DNA of 64,000 nucleotides. Source: an uncultured Thiomicrospira sp. Its GTDB lineage: Bacteria > Pseudomonadota > Gammaproteobacteria > CAKMZV01. The stretch lies in the NCBI GenBank assembly GCA_965195345.1, contig OZ239628.1, positions 1,792,001 through 1,856,000 on the forward strand, in the 5' to 3' direction. Position 1 is the first letter of the stretch. Each line of letters begins with the position of its first letter. The notes under the pieces are model-generated. The model saw only the letters and a list, made by a program, of their open reading frames with translations, was not told the DNA's origin and made no database searches. The position numbers were made by a program, and so were the translations under genes. Shown here piece after piece: positions 31,344-40,574 of the stretch.

Positions 31344-32771
31344 ATGACAACAAATAACCAACTGTATTTTCAAAACATCAACGATGCCATTGAGCATAAC
31401 CGTAAAAGAATCCCCGAGACAAAGTCATATCTTGAAAAGGAGGGGGTAAAGTATGTACTTTCAAGTTGGATTGATCTGCACGGTATCCCAAAAACCAAAC
31501 CAGTCCCAATGAGTGATTATGAAGCCCTTTGCTTAGGCAAAGGACCGCAATTTGCAGTGCACTCAATATCCTATGTCCCTGAGCTGAGCCCAGCGGATTC
31601 AGATCAAATAATGATTCCTGATCTAGATGCAATCTATATTTGCCCTTGGGATAAAAGCATGGCCATTATTTTTGCTGATTTATATTGGGAAGGTGCTCCG
31701 TATGATGTTTGTCCTCGTCAAGCGTTAAAACGTGCGATACATGAAGCAGGAGAACTGGGTTATGTTGGGTTTGCTGGCATAGAGCCTGAGTTCATAGCCA
31801 TGCGATATGATCAAGATGGTCAACCCGTTAAATTTTTCGATAATGATCCGGAAAAAGGGATAAGGCCGAGACGACAAGCATTTGGTTACGATGTTGAATA
31901 CTCTATAGATTCAATGCCGTTCTTAAAAGAGTTGATTGATATTCTTGAAGACATGGGTTGGAATTTACACGATGTTGTTGCCGAAGGTGCCTATTCTCAA
32001 TTTGAACTTGATTTTCACTATACCGATTTGTTACAAATGGCAGATCGATTCGTATTTCTACGCATATTATTAAAAGAAGTTGCTAAAAAAAGTGACATGT
32101 TCATTACTTTCATGCCTAAACCAACCATAGGAGACTGGCGTTCAGGTGCCCATATAAACTTTTCTATGCAGCATATTGATCGACTGGGTGAAAATATTTT
32201 TCAAAACGGCAAAGAGTGGTCTGAATTATCTCAATACGCAGTTGGTGGTCTTATGGCACATGCTGAAGCAATCACTGCTCTCACCTGCCCCACAGTTAAT
32301 TCTTACAATGGATTAGTACCTAGAGTTGGCGGGTTTGAAGGAGGAACAGTTACATGGGCTCCGACAAATATTACTTATGGTTACAATAACCGTTCTGCTC
32401 AATTTCGCTTGCCTCAAAGTAGACACTGTATTGAAAACAGAGCGGCTGATATGACGATGAATGTTTATTTATCGCTCGCTATGACATTATCCGCTTCACT
32501 TGAAGGCATGAAAGCACAAATGGATCCAGGTAGCCCTACCGACATCGATTTATACAGCTTAACAGAACAAGAATTTAAAGACATGGGAATTCGCCGCTTA
32601 CCGCGTAATTTATTAGTGGCAACTGAGGCATTAAGAACAGACTCTCTCGCCATCAAGACTTTAGGTTCTACTATGCATAACTCCTACATTGCGTATAAAA
32701 ATGATGAGTGGGAAAGATACCATCAAGCGGTAACTGATTGGGAAGTTAAAGAATATTTAAGGCTATACTAA
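31344..32771 (+). CDS. Glutamine synthetase-like (gamma-glutamyl amide ligase; GlnT/GmaS-related) protein
   Basis: DLHG, GIEPEF, QFE, FMPKP, SGAHIN, NRSA, ENRAAD, TDWE; start ATG 31344 after GGAG. Confidence 0.88.
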   Translation: MTTNNQLYFQNINDAIEHNRKRIPETKSYLEKEGVKYVLSSWIDLHGIPKTKPVPMSDYEALCLGKGPQFAVHSISYVPELSPADSDQIMIPDLDAIYICPWDKSMAIIFADLYWEGAPYDVCPRQALKRAIHEAGELGYVGFAGIEPEFIAMRYDQDGQPVKFFDNDPEKGIRPRRQAFGYDVEYSIDSMPFLKELIDILEDMGWNLHDVVAEGAYSQFELDFHYTDLLQMADRFVFLRILLKEVAKKSDMFITFMPKPTIGDWRSGAHINFSMQHIDRLGENIFQNGKEWSELSQYAVGGLMAHAEAITALTCPTVNSYNGLVPRVGGFEGGTVTWAPTNITYGYNNRSAQFRLPQSRHCIENRAADMTMNVYLSLAMTLSASLEGMKAQMDPGSPTDIDLYSLTEQEFKDMGIRRLPRNLLVATEALRTDSLAIKTLGSTMHNSYIAYKNDEWERYHQAVTDWEVKEYLRLY

Positions 32772-32979
32772 ACGCCGCTGGCGGTTTTGCACGTCCTTTG
32801 CCTTAATTTGTTGATTTTTCAACTTTATTCCATGCATCTTCCAAGAACAAGAGTCCATCTATATAGTTGACAATGGAATGGATGCATCGTCCGTTGTAAC
32901 TGAAATATGACAATATCGTATTGAAGGATTATCCAATTCAAAGCCCTAATGAATAAAAATAATTCAACCAATTATAACT

Positions 32980-33003
32980 TAGGTAGGTAGGTAGGTAGGT
33001 AGG
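32980..33003 (+). repeat. Tetranucleotide simple sequence repeat (TAGG)6
   Basis: Six perfect TAGG units, followed after one base by TACAAT (33005-33010). Confidence 0.95.
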
Positions 33004-33063
33004 ATACAATGCGCAGCGTGGTTATTTTCCAACATCCAAATTATTTATTTTAAGGAACATTCA

Positions 33064-36000
33064 ATGAACAATTTTTTCCCAGCTTTAATGCTTTCTCTAT
33101 TGGCCTTAACAACATCACTGCATGCGCAAGCAACTTCTACTGAGAGCGCAAATGCTGCGCTTTCTGTGGAAACATATGCAGGTAGCAGTGAGGGTTTTCT
33201 TAATGGACCTACCAATATAGCAAGGTTTAATTTTCCACATGGGCTAGCAATTGCGCCAGATGGGCGTGTCTTTGTCGGAGATACTTTTAACAATAGGATT
33301 CGTGTAATCAGTGCTGATGGTTCTAATGTATCTACTTTTGCAAGTGGAGTTAATGTACTAGTTCAATTAGCAATCGGATCAGATGGACGCATATTCGTTT
33401 CGGAATTTTTTAATGGACAACTTAAAGTGATAAGCGCCGACGGTTCAAATGTCACTACCCTAGCCTCTGGACTAAATAACCCCCAATCAGTCGCCGTGGC
33501 ACCAGATGGACGTGTCTTCTTTGGTGACGCAAGCGGAAGAATTTTTGTTCTTAACGCTGATGGTACGAATAGAAGCACGTTCGCTTCAGGATTTAGTTCG
33601 CCTGAAGGCATTGCAATCTCTTCAGATGGGCGTGTTTTTGTTGCAGAGACTCTTGCAAATAGAATTCGTGTTATTAGTGCAGATGGCTCCAATGTGTCAA
33701 CCTTGCCAGGGACATATAATAGACCAAGAGGAGTGACAGTTACACGTGATGGGCGTGTCTTTATATCGGACACCGGTAATCATCGCATTCAAGTTATTAG
33801 TGCAGATGGCTTAACAGTGAGCACTTATGCAGGAAGTGGGGTAGAAGGTTTTGCTGATGGATCAACCAGTACTGCTCAATTTAATGACCCCATTCAGCTT
33901 GCCCTTGATGCCAATGGACGGCTTCTTTTTGCAGACCGTGACAATCATCGCATACGTGTCATATCAGCTCCTGCAAACGAAGAGCCTTCTGATTTGGTCA
34001 ATAGCCGTATTAGTGTGAATAGTGGTTTGTTATCAGCGAACCAAGCTTTGGCTGTTGGAGATGTTATTGAATTGATTGTTAATGCAAAAGGCAGCTCAGA
34101 TGTCCTTGTGCAAACAACCTACACACTTAGCAACCCTATACAATTACGTGCCCATGTATGGCCAAGAGACCTTGCAAAGCATGTTAATCAATTGAATGCT
34201 TCGGTGACAATTGGAGAGTGCTCAAGTGGTGGAAATAAAGCAGCGTGTGACCCAAATGATGTGTCTCCAATTGCCAGTAGCTTTCGCAATCTCCTTTGGG
34301 CATCACCCAGTTTAGGAGAGATTGAAGTCCAACTCAATCATATGCCAACGCCCGATAGAACAACAGCCTCATTAACAAGAGATTTAGCAATAACAGATGG
34401 AGCATTAGGTGCCGAACAAGCTTTAGCAGTTGGAGATGTCATTGAACTGATTGTTAATGCGAAAGGCAGCTCAGATGTTCTTATGCAAACGGCTCTCACT
34501 TTGAGCCACCCTGTGCATTTACGTTCTCATGTATGGCCGAAACTCTTAGCCAATCAAGTGAATCAGCTAAATACTACAGTTGCGATCGGAGAGTGTACAA
34601 CTGGTCGATTTAAAGCATACTGTAATGTACAAGATGTCGCCTCAATCGGCAGCAGCTATCGCAATGTCCTTTGGTCATCACCCAGTTTAGGAGAAGTTGA
34701 AGTACAACTCAATCACACGCCAACCCCCGATAGAACAACAGCTTCATTAACAAGAGATTTAGCAATAACAGATGGAACATTAGGTGCCGAACAAGCTTTA
34801 GCCGTTGGAGATGTAATTCAATTGGTTGTTAGCGCGAAAGGCAGCTCTGATGTCCTTATGCAAACAGTTCTTACTTTGAACAATCCTGTGCATTTGCGTT
34901 CTCATGTATGGCCAAAGCTCTTAGCCAATCAAGTGAATCAGCTAAATACTACAGTCGCGATTGGCGAGTGTACAACTGGTCGATTTAAAGCATACTGTAA
35001 TGCACAAGATGTCGCTTCAATCGGCAGCAGCTATCGCAATGTCCTTTGGGTATCACCCAGTTTAGGAGAGGTTGAAATACAATTGAACGCTATTGTTAGA
35101 AATGTAGGTAATTCATCATTGAACATCACGGCTTCTGTTGGACAGTTGCTTTTTTCATGGCCAACTGACCCGATTGCTGATTTTTATCGTGTGCAGATTA
35201 ATCCTACTGGAGTGGATGGATTTATTCCATTATCAACGCCAAGTCAGTCACTGAAAACGACAAACTTTACCTTTGGTATTTCGTTGTCGGATCATATAAA
35301 CCTTGCCACTAGTAATGTTTCGTTTTTAGTAGAAAGCTGTATAGGCAATCCAGATGGCAATAATAATTGTATACAGTGGACTGCTCAAACAAGGATTAAT
35401 GATTTAAATCAATTAATTGGCTTTATCAAAGCGAATAATGCTGGATACAGAGATAGATTTGAAACTGTTAGTATCAGTAGAGATGGTAAAACGCTGGCAG
35501 TGAGTGCACTTAGTGAAGATAGCAGTGGTAGGGGCGTTAATGCTAGACAAGACCAATCAAGGTCTAATTCTGGTGCAGCCTATGTTTTCACACAAACCGC
35601 TACTGGTCTATGGACGCAGCAGGCTTTCCTAAAAGCGAGTAATGCAGATATTAATGATTATTTTGGTAATAGTCTTAGTTTAAGCAGTGATGGTAATACG
35701 CTCGCGGTGGGTGCAATCGGTGAACGAAGTCTCGCTACTGGTGTTAATGGTGATGAGAATAATAACAGCGCATCTCATAATGCAGGGGCTGCCTATGTTT
35801 TTGTGCGAAGCGCTAGTGGCACATGGAGTCAACAAGCCTATATAAAAGCGAGTAATACAGAAGTAGATGATCAATTCGCTGCAAGCATAGCTTTGAGCGG
35901 TGATGGTAATACGTTGGCAGTAGGTGCCCTATATGAAGACGGTAGAACTGGCGGGATTAACGGTGACCAGAGCAACGAAGCGAATAACTTCACATTTCAT

Positions 36001-36846
36001 GCAGGGGCTGCTTACGTATACACCCGTAATAGTAGTACTCAGTGGACCCAGCAAGCATATATTAAAGCACATAATCCAAGTCACGATAATCGATTTGGCG
36101 TAAGTGTAAGCTTGGATGACGATGGCAATACACTGGTGGTAGGTTCAATGTATGAGGGTAGTAACTCAACAGGCGTGGCGAACGGCATTGATGATATTGT
36201 AATAAATGGTCCACACTCAATAAATTTCGCAGGTGCAGCATACGTTTACACCCGCAGTATCACTGGTGTATGGAGTCAACAAGCCTTTATTAAACCAAAC
36301 AATACAGGTGTTGGTGACAGATTTGGCTTTGATGTCAGTTTAAGTGCCGATGGTAATACGCTCGCGGTAGCTTCAGAGAGTGAAGATAGCAGTGGTACCG
36401 GGGTTAATCCAATTGAAGAAGGCGATGGTTTAACAGATTCAGGTGCAGTATTTATTTACGCTCGTAATAAAGATAGTCTCTGGGGTTTTCAAGCCTACAT
36501 TAAAGCGAGCAACCCAACTTCTAATGATCGCTTTGGACATAGCGTAAGCCTCAGTGGTGATGGCAATATGCTGGCTGTAGGTGCTCCTTTTGAGGATAGC
36601 CGATCTATTGGGTTAAATGGCATTGAGAGTGATGAAAGTGGAAGTGATGTAGGTGCGGTTTACACATTTATCCGAAGTGGCAGTGTATGGAGTCAACAAG
36701 CCTACATTAAACCAACGAGAATAAGTGGTTTTGGTGATCATTTTGGATTTAGCTTAAGCTTCAGTGGTGATGGTAGCAGACTGGCTATAGGAGCACCTTT
36801 AGAGTCCAGTGGTGCTTTTTCTGAAGGTGCAGCGTACTTGTATTAA
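33064..36846 (+). CDS. Large secreted protein: NHL repeats + three ~125-aa repeats (GbpA domain-2-like) + FG-GAP/integrin-like propeller
   Basis: Sec signal ending SLHA; about 6 NHL repeats (PDGRVFV.D..NRIRVI); 3 copies of LAVGDVI...WP..LA..VN; about 7 FG-GAP-type blades (FG.S.SLS.DGNTLAVGA...GAAYVF); AAGGA RBS. Confidence 0.85.
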   Translation: MNNFFPALMLSLLALTTSLHAQATSTESANAALSVETYAGSSEGFLNGPTNIARFNFPHGLAIAPDGRVFVGDTFNNRIRVISADGSNVSTFASGVNVLVQLAIGSDGRIFVSEFFNGQLKVISADGSNVTTLASGLNNPQSVAVAPDGRVFFGDASGRIFVLNADGTNRSTFASGFSSPEGIAISSDGRVFVAETLANRIRVISADGSNVSTLPGTYNRPRGVTVTRDGRVFISDTGNHRIQVISADGLTVSTYAGSGVEGFADGSTSTAQFNDPIQLALDANGRLLFADRDNHRIRVISAPANEEPSDLVNSRISVNSGLLSANQALAVGDVIELIVNAKGSSDVLVQTTYTLSNPIQLRAHVWPRDLAKHVNQLNASVTIGECSSGGNKAACDPNDVSPIASSFRNLLWASPSLGEIEVQLNHMPTPDRTTASLTRDLAITDGALGAEQALAVGDVIELIVNAKGSSDVLMQTALTLSHPVHLRSHVWPKLLANQVNQLNTTVAIGECTTGRFKAYCNVQDVASIGSSYRNVLWSSPSLGEVEVQLNHTPTPDRTTASLTRDLAITDGTLGAEQALAVGDVIQLVVSAKGSSDVLMQTVLTLNNPVHLRSHVWPKLLANQVNQLNTTVAIGECTTGRFKAYCNAQDVASIGSSYRNVLWVSPSLGEVEIQLNAIVRNVGNSSLNITASVGQLLFSWPTDPIADFYRVQINPTGVDGFIPLSTPSQSLKTTNFTFGISLSDHINLATSNVSFLVESCIGNPDGNNNCIQWTAQTRINDLNQLIGFIKANNAGYRDRFETVSISRDGKTLAVSALSEDSSGRGVNARQDQSRSNSGAAYVFTQTATGLWTQQAFLKASNADINDYFGNSLSLSSDGNTLAVGAIGERSLATGVNGDENNNSASHNAGAAYVFVRSASGTWSQQAYIKASNTEVDDQFAASIALSGDGNTLAVGALYEDGRTGGINGDQSNEANNFTFHAGAAYVYTRNSSTQWTQQAYIKAHNPSHDNRFGVSVSLDDDGNTLVVGSMYEGSNSTGVANGIDDIVINGPHSINFAGAAYVYTRSITGVWSQQAFIKPNNTGVGDRFGFDVSLSADGNTLAVASESEDSSGTGVNPIEEGDGLTDSGAVFIYARNKDSLWGFQAYIKASNPTSNDRFGHSVSLSGDGNMLAVGAPFEDSRSIGLNGIESDESGSDVGAVYTFIRSGSVWSQQAYIKPTRISGFGDHFGFSLSFSGDGSRLAIGAPLESSGAFSEGAAYLY
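33976..35090 (+). repeat. Three tandem 375-bp intragenic repeats
   Basis: CCCGATAGAACAACAGC at 34351 and 34726 (period 375 nt); copies 2 and 3 nearly identical, copy 1 more diverged; outer boundaries approximate. Confidence 0.9.
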
Positions 36847-36907
36847 TATGATTAAAATGCATTTTTAACTTTAAATAATTAAAAGTGCTCAGATAGGAAA
36901 GTATATC

Positions 36908-36948
36908 TTAGAAGGTGTTGAAGCATGCTTTGTTTCAGCACCTTCTAA
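36908..36948 (+). terminator. 18-bp stem-loop downstream of the 1260-aa gene
   Basis: TTAGAAGGTGTTGAAGCA-tgctt-TGTTTCAGCACCTTCTAA (two G:U pairs), followed by ATTT. Confidence 0.6.
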
Positions 36949-37277
36949 ATTTGGGAATGGATACGTCGCATTAGATTTCATGTTGCCCATTAGTCCTCTT
37001 TGTGGGATAACTTAAAATAGCCTGACTTTAGAACCTGCCCTAATGTGAACAGGGATTTATTCATACGTTTTAAGAACGCCACCTTAATACTCTCGCATTT
37101 ACCAGTAATCAAACCTTCTTCAAAAAAACCACGAATAGGATAATATTTCCGATAATTGCTATCTACCGTAAATCGTGCCAGTAATAATTGAAAAATTGTG
37201 GCTTTTGCTACTTGCAATCTCCTCATTCAAAAACTGATACAATCCAGCCACTTTATAAATTTGTAATGGAGTTTGCT

Positions 37278-38918
37278 ATGCAGCGAGAATCGATGGAGTT
37301 TGATGTTGTTATTGTCGGAGCAGGTCCTGCTGGGTTGAGCGCTGCGATTGCATTAAAGAAAGCAAATAAAGATTTATCCGTGGTTGTTTTAGAAAAAGGG
37401 TCGGAAGTTGGTGCGCATATTTTATCGGGCGCAATATTTGAAACAACCGCACTTGATGAGTTAATCCCCGATTGGAAAAAACTGGGCGCACCGGTTAAGA
37501 CAGCCGTCAAAGGAGATGATTTCTACCTATACAAGAATGAAGAAAAAGCCACTAAGTTGCCACATTTTTTCATCCCAAAAAGCATGCATAATGATGGAAA
37601 TTATATTATTAGCCTTGGCAATCTGTGTCGTTGGATGGCGGAACAAGCCGAAGAAATGGGCGTTGAAATATTTCCTGGCTTTTCCGCCGCAGATATACTC
37701 TACAACGATGAGGGTGCTGTTAGAGGAGTCGTGACCAATGACATGGGAATTGACTACGATGGTAATAAAAAAGACAGTTTTGAGCCCGGTATGGAACTAC
37801 TTGCAAAGTACACATTATTCTCCGAAGGCTGTCGAGGTCATCTTGGCAAGCAATTGATTGAACGTTATCAACTTTCAGACAATTGCGATGCTCAACATTA
37901 CGCGCTTGGTGTCAAAGAAATTTGGGAAATCGATCCAAAAAAACATCAAGAAGGCTTAGTAGTACACGGTGCTGGTTGGCCATTGTCTGAAAACAGTGCT
38001 GCTGGTGGTTCTTTCTCGTACCACGCCGAAAATAACCAATTGGTTATTGGACTGATTACTGACTTGAATTACCGCAATCCGTACCTTTCACCATTTGAGG
38101 AATTCCAACGTTTCAAAATGCAAAAAATGAATAAGACGTTGCTTGAAGGAGGCAAACGCATAAGCTACGGTGCACGTGCGATCACTAAAGGTGGCATGAA
38201 TGCCTTACCACGCCAACATTTTCCTGGAGGATTGCTGATTGGGTGCGATGCAGGCACTTTGAATTTTTCCAAAATCAAGGGGTCGCATACTGCTATGAAA
38301 TCTGGTATGTTGGCTGCCCAAGTAGTTGCAGAAGCCATAACTTCTGGCAATAACGGAGGTAGTGATTTAATGGAATACACTACGGCATTCAAACAATCAT
38401 GGCTCTATGATGAACTGCAAAATTCGCGCAATTTTGGCGCGGCATTACACAATTACGGCATGTGGGTTGGCGGCGCCATCAACTTCATTCAATACAATTT
38501 ATTTGGTGGGAAATTCCCCATCACATTGCGCGACAATAAGCCCGATAACACACAGTTAGTCTCCTCTTCACATGCGCAGCCTATTGAATATCCCAAACCC
38601 GATGGAGTGATTACTTTTGATCGATTATCTTCGGTTTATTTATCGAATACCAATCACGAGGAAGCACAACCTTGTCATCTCACCTTGAAGAACAGTCTAA
38701 TTCCTATTGAAAAAAACCTTGCAATCTATGACGCTCCAGAACAACGTTATTGCCCTGCAGGAGTATACGAAATAATAACTAAGGATGATCAGCCACAATT
38801 ACAAATTAATGCCCAAAATTGCATACACTGCAAAACTTGCGACATTAAAGACCCCACCCAAAACATTCATTGGATAACGCCCGAAGGTGGTGGAGGTCCA
38901 AACTACACCTCAATGTAA
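37278..38918 (+). CDS. Electron transfer flavoprotein-ubiquinone oxidoreductase
   Basis: GAGPAGL, EKGSEVGAH, EGCRG, KIKGSH, CPAGVYE, NCIHCKTC, PEGGGGP; ATG 37278 with GGAG RBS. Confidence 0.96.
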   Translation: MQRESMEFDVVIVGAGPAGLSAAIALKKANKDLSVVVLEKGSEVGAHILSGAIFETTALDELIPDWKKLGAPVKTAVKGDDFYLYKNEEKATKLPHFFIPKSMHNDGNYIISLGNLCRWMAEQAEEMGVEIFPGFSAADILYNDEGAVRGVVTNDMGIDYDGNKKDSFEPGMELLAKYTLFSEGCRGHLGKQLIERYQLSDNCDAQHYALGVKEIWEIDPKKHQEGLVVHGAGWPLSENSAAGGSFSYHAENNQLVIGLITDLNYRNPYLSPFEEFQRFKMQKMNKTLLEGGKRISYGARAITKGGMNALPRQHFPGGLLIGCDAGTLNFSKIKGSHTAMKSGMLAAQVVAEAITSGNNGGSDLMEYTTAFKQSWLYDELQNSRNFGAALHNYGMWVGGAINFIQYNLFGGKFPITLRDNKPDNTQLVSSSHAQPIEYPKPDGVITFDRLSSVYLSNTNHEEAQPCHLTLKNSLIPIEKNLAIYDAPEQRYCPAGVYEIITKDDQPQLQINAQNCIHCKTCDIKDPTQNIHWITPEGGGGPNYTSM

Positions 38919-38928
38919 CCTCAGCATA

Positions 38929-39951
38929 ATGCCATTGGAATACCCTTTCAGAGATTTCCCTGAACCCGGATACACACTGGAAGTTGCTGCGGGTATTTTT
39001 TGGGTACGAATGCCCTTGCCTTTTTCGCTCGATCACGTTAATTTATGGATATTGAAGGATGGTTGCGGTTGGGTAGTCATCGATACTGGTCTTGCTAATA
39101 AGAAAACCAAAGAATTATGGCAAACCATCGAGAAAGAGCTACTAAAAGAGAAACCAGTAAACAAACTCATTGTTACCCACCTTCACCCTGATCATTTCGC
39201 CGCTGCTGGCTATTTATGCGAACGCTGGCAGTGCCCTTTGTATATAAGTCGAAGTGAGTATTTCATCGGTCGGGCGGTGTTTGAAAATGCTAAAAGCGCA
39301 GCACCACACGAAGCACTTAAATTTTATGAATCAGCCGGCTTTGATGATGATGCATTAGAAAAATACCGTAAAAATTACGGCAGTTTTGCCAACGATGCTT
39401 CTGCTATCCCCAACATTTACAAACGCCTTAATGACAATGATGAATTAATCATTGACGGTTGCCGTTGGCGCATCATTACTGGAAGCGGGCACAGCCCAGA
39501 ACATTGTTGTTTGCTTTGTGAAGAAAAAAACATATTCATTGCTGGCGATCAACTCATACCTAACATAACCTCCAATGTTAGCGTATGGTCTGTGGAACCC
39601 GACGCAAATCCATTAAAAGATTGGCTCGAGTCGTGCAACAAATTACTGAATCTCATTCCCAATAATGTCTTGGTACTACCCGGTCATGGTCTGCCTTTTA
39701 GCGGAACGCATCAACGGCTGAATGAACTCATCAAGAATCATGACCAATCCTTGGATAAACTTTATACCTTGTTGGTTGAACCTAAAAGAGTGATTGATGT
39801 TTTTGACGTTTTATTCAAACGCAAAGTATCCACAGAAACGCTACTATTTGCAACGGGTGAATCAATAGCACACCTCAATTATTTAATGGTTCAAAAAAAA
39901 ATAATCCGCATCAACAAAAATGGCGTCTACTACTACCAACAAAACAGTTAG
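38929..39951 (+). CDS. MBL-fold metallo-hydrolase
   Basis: THLHPDH, GHSPEH, GD, PGHG; start ATG 38929. Confidence 0.9.
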   Translation: MPLEYPFRDFPEPGYTLEVAAGIFWVRMPLPFSLDHVNLWILKDGCGWVVIDTGLANKKTKELWQTIEKELLKEKPVNKLIVTHLHPDHFAAAGYLCERWQCPLYISRSEYFIGRAVFENAKSAAPHEALKFYESAGFDDDALEKYRKNYGSFANDASAIPNIYKRLNDNDELIIDGCRWRIITGSGHSPEHCCLLCEEKNIFIAGDQLIPNITSNVSVWSVEPDANPLKDWLESCNKLLNLIPNNVLVLPGHGLPFSGTHQRLNELIKNHDQSLDKLYTLLVEPKRVIDVFDVLFKRKVSTETLLFATGESIAHLNYLMVQKKIIRINKNGVYYYQQNS

Positions 39952-40168
39952 AACATGCATCTCCTTTAAATTGAGTTATTAAGGGATAGCCTTTTCTGAG
40001 AAAGCATTTTAAAGAAATTAAAATTATAGAAGAATTTTTGACAGATTTTATTGCCCTTCAGTCCAATTAGTAGCAGTAAGATGAAGATCAAGGTTTGCAA
40101 TGAATCGGAGTAACGTTCAACTATTTTTTGTTGCCCTTGGTGAAAGATTTTTTACAGTCATGACTTCA

Positions 40169-40540
40169 CTATGTAATGTCCTCGTTAGAGGCTGCTTGTT
40201 TTATAAAGTAATTGCTGTTCTTTAACGCAACATCTTCTTGTGAATATATTTTTAAGTGCCGTCTTTTTTTACCACTGCCTTCTAAAATTGAATTTAAGTC
40301 TGTGAAATTAGCACCATCACTAAACTCAATTGAGATATGTTCTTTGTAAACATATATACCACCGACCAAGCCGTTAGATCCGCTGAAAACTATTCCTCCA
40401 TATTTAACATCTTCAATTAACGCTTTATTTGCTTTGAGGAATAGTATGCGTATTGCAATAACCATTTCAAATTGATTCTTTGACAAAGACTCTACATCTA
40501 AGAGAAACTCATTTACTCTTTTGTTGTCTGATATATTCAT
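40169..40540 (-). CDS. DUF1801-like protein
   Basis: E.VKYGG, HISIEFSDG, LEGSGKKRRHLK pattern; start ATG 40540 preferred. Confidence 0.8.
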   Translation of the reverse strand: MNISDNKRVNEFLLDVESLSKNQFEMVIAIRILFLKANKALIEDVKYGGIVFSGSNGLVGGIYVYKEHISIEFSDGANFTDLNSILEGSGKKRRHLKIYSQEDVALKNSNYFIKQAASNEDIT

Positions 40541-40574
40541 TCCAATTATGCGTGTATGGTTATGAAGATGCGAC

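Noticed and set aside
33160-33970. Regularly spaced ~117-120-nt repeats (GATGGGCGTGT...) as a CRISPR array
   Set aside because: They are degenerate, in-frame NHL protein repeats inside an ORF; no identical repeat/unique spacer structure and no cas genes
36990-37226. 78-aa minus-strand ORF as a gene or transposase remnant
   Set aside because: No recognisable motif, RBS or terminal inverted repeats; may be a gene relic but cannot be supported without a search
39952-40168. Possible attC or pseudogene remnant downstream of the DUF1801 gene
   Set aside because: No pairing arms or properly placed GTTRRRY core found; only short protein-like fragments
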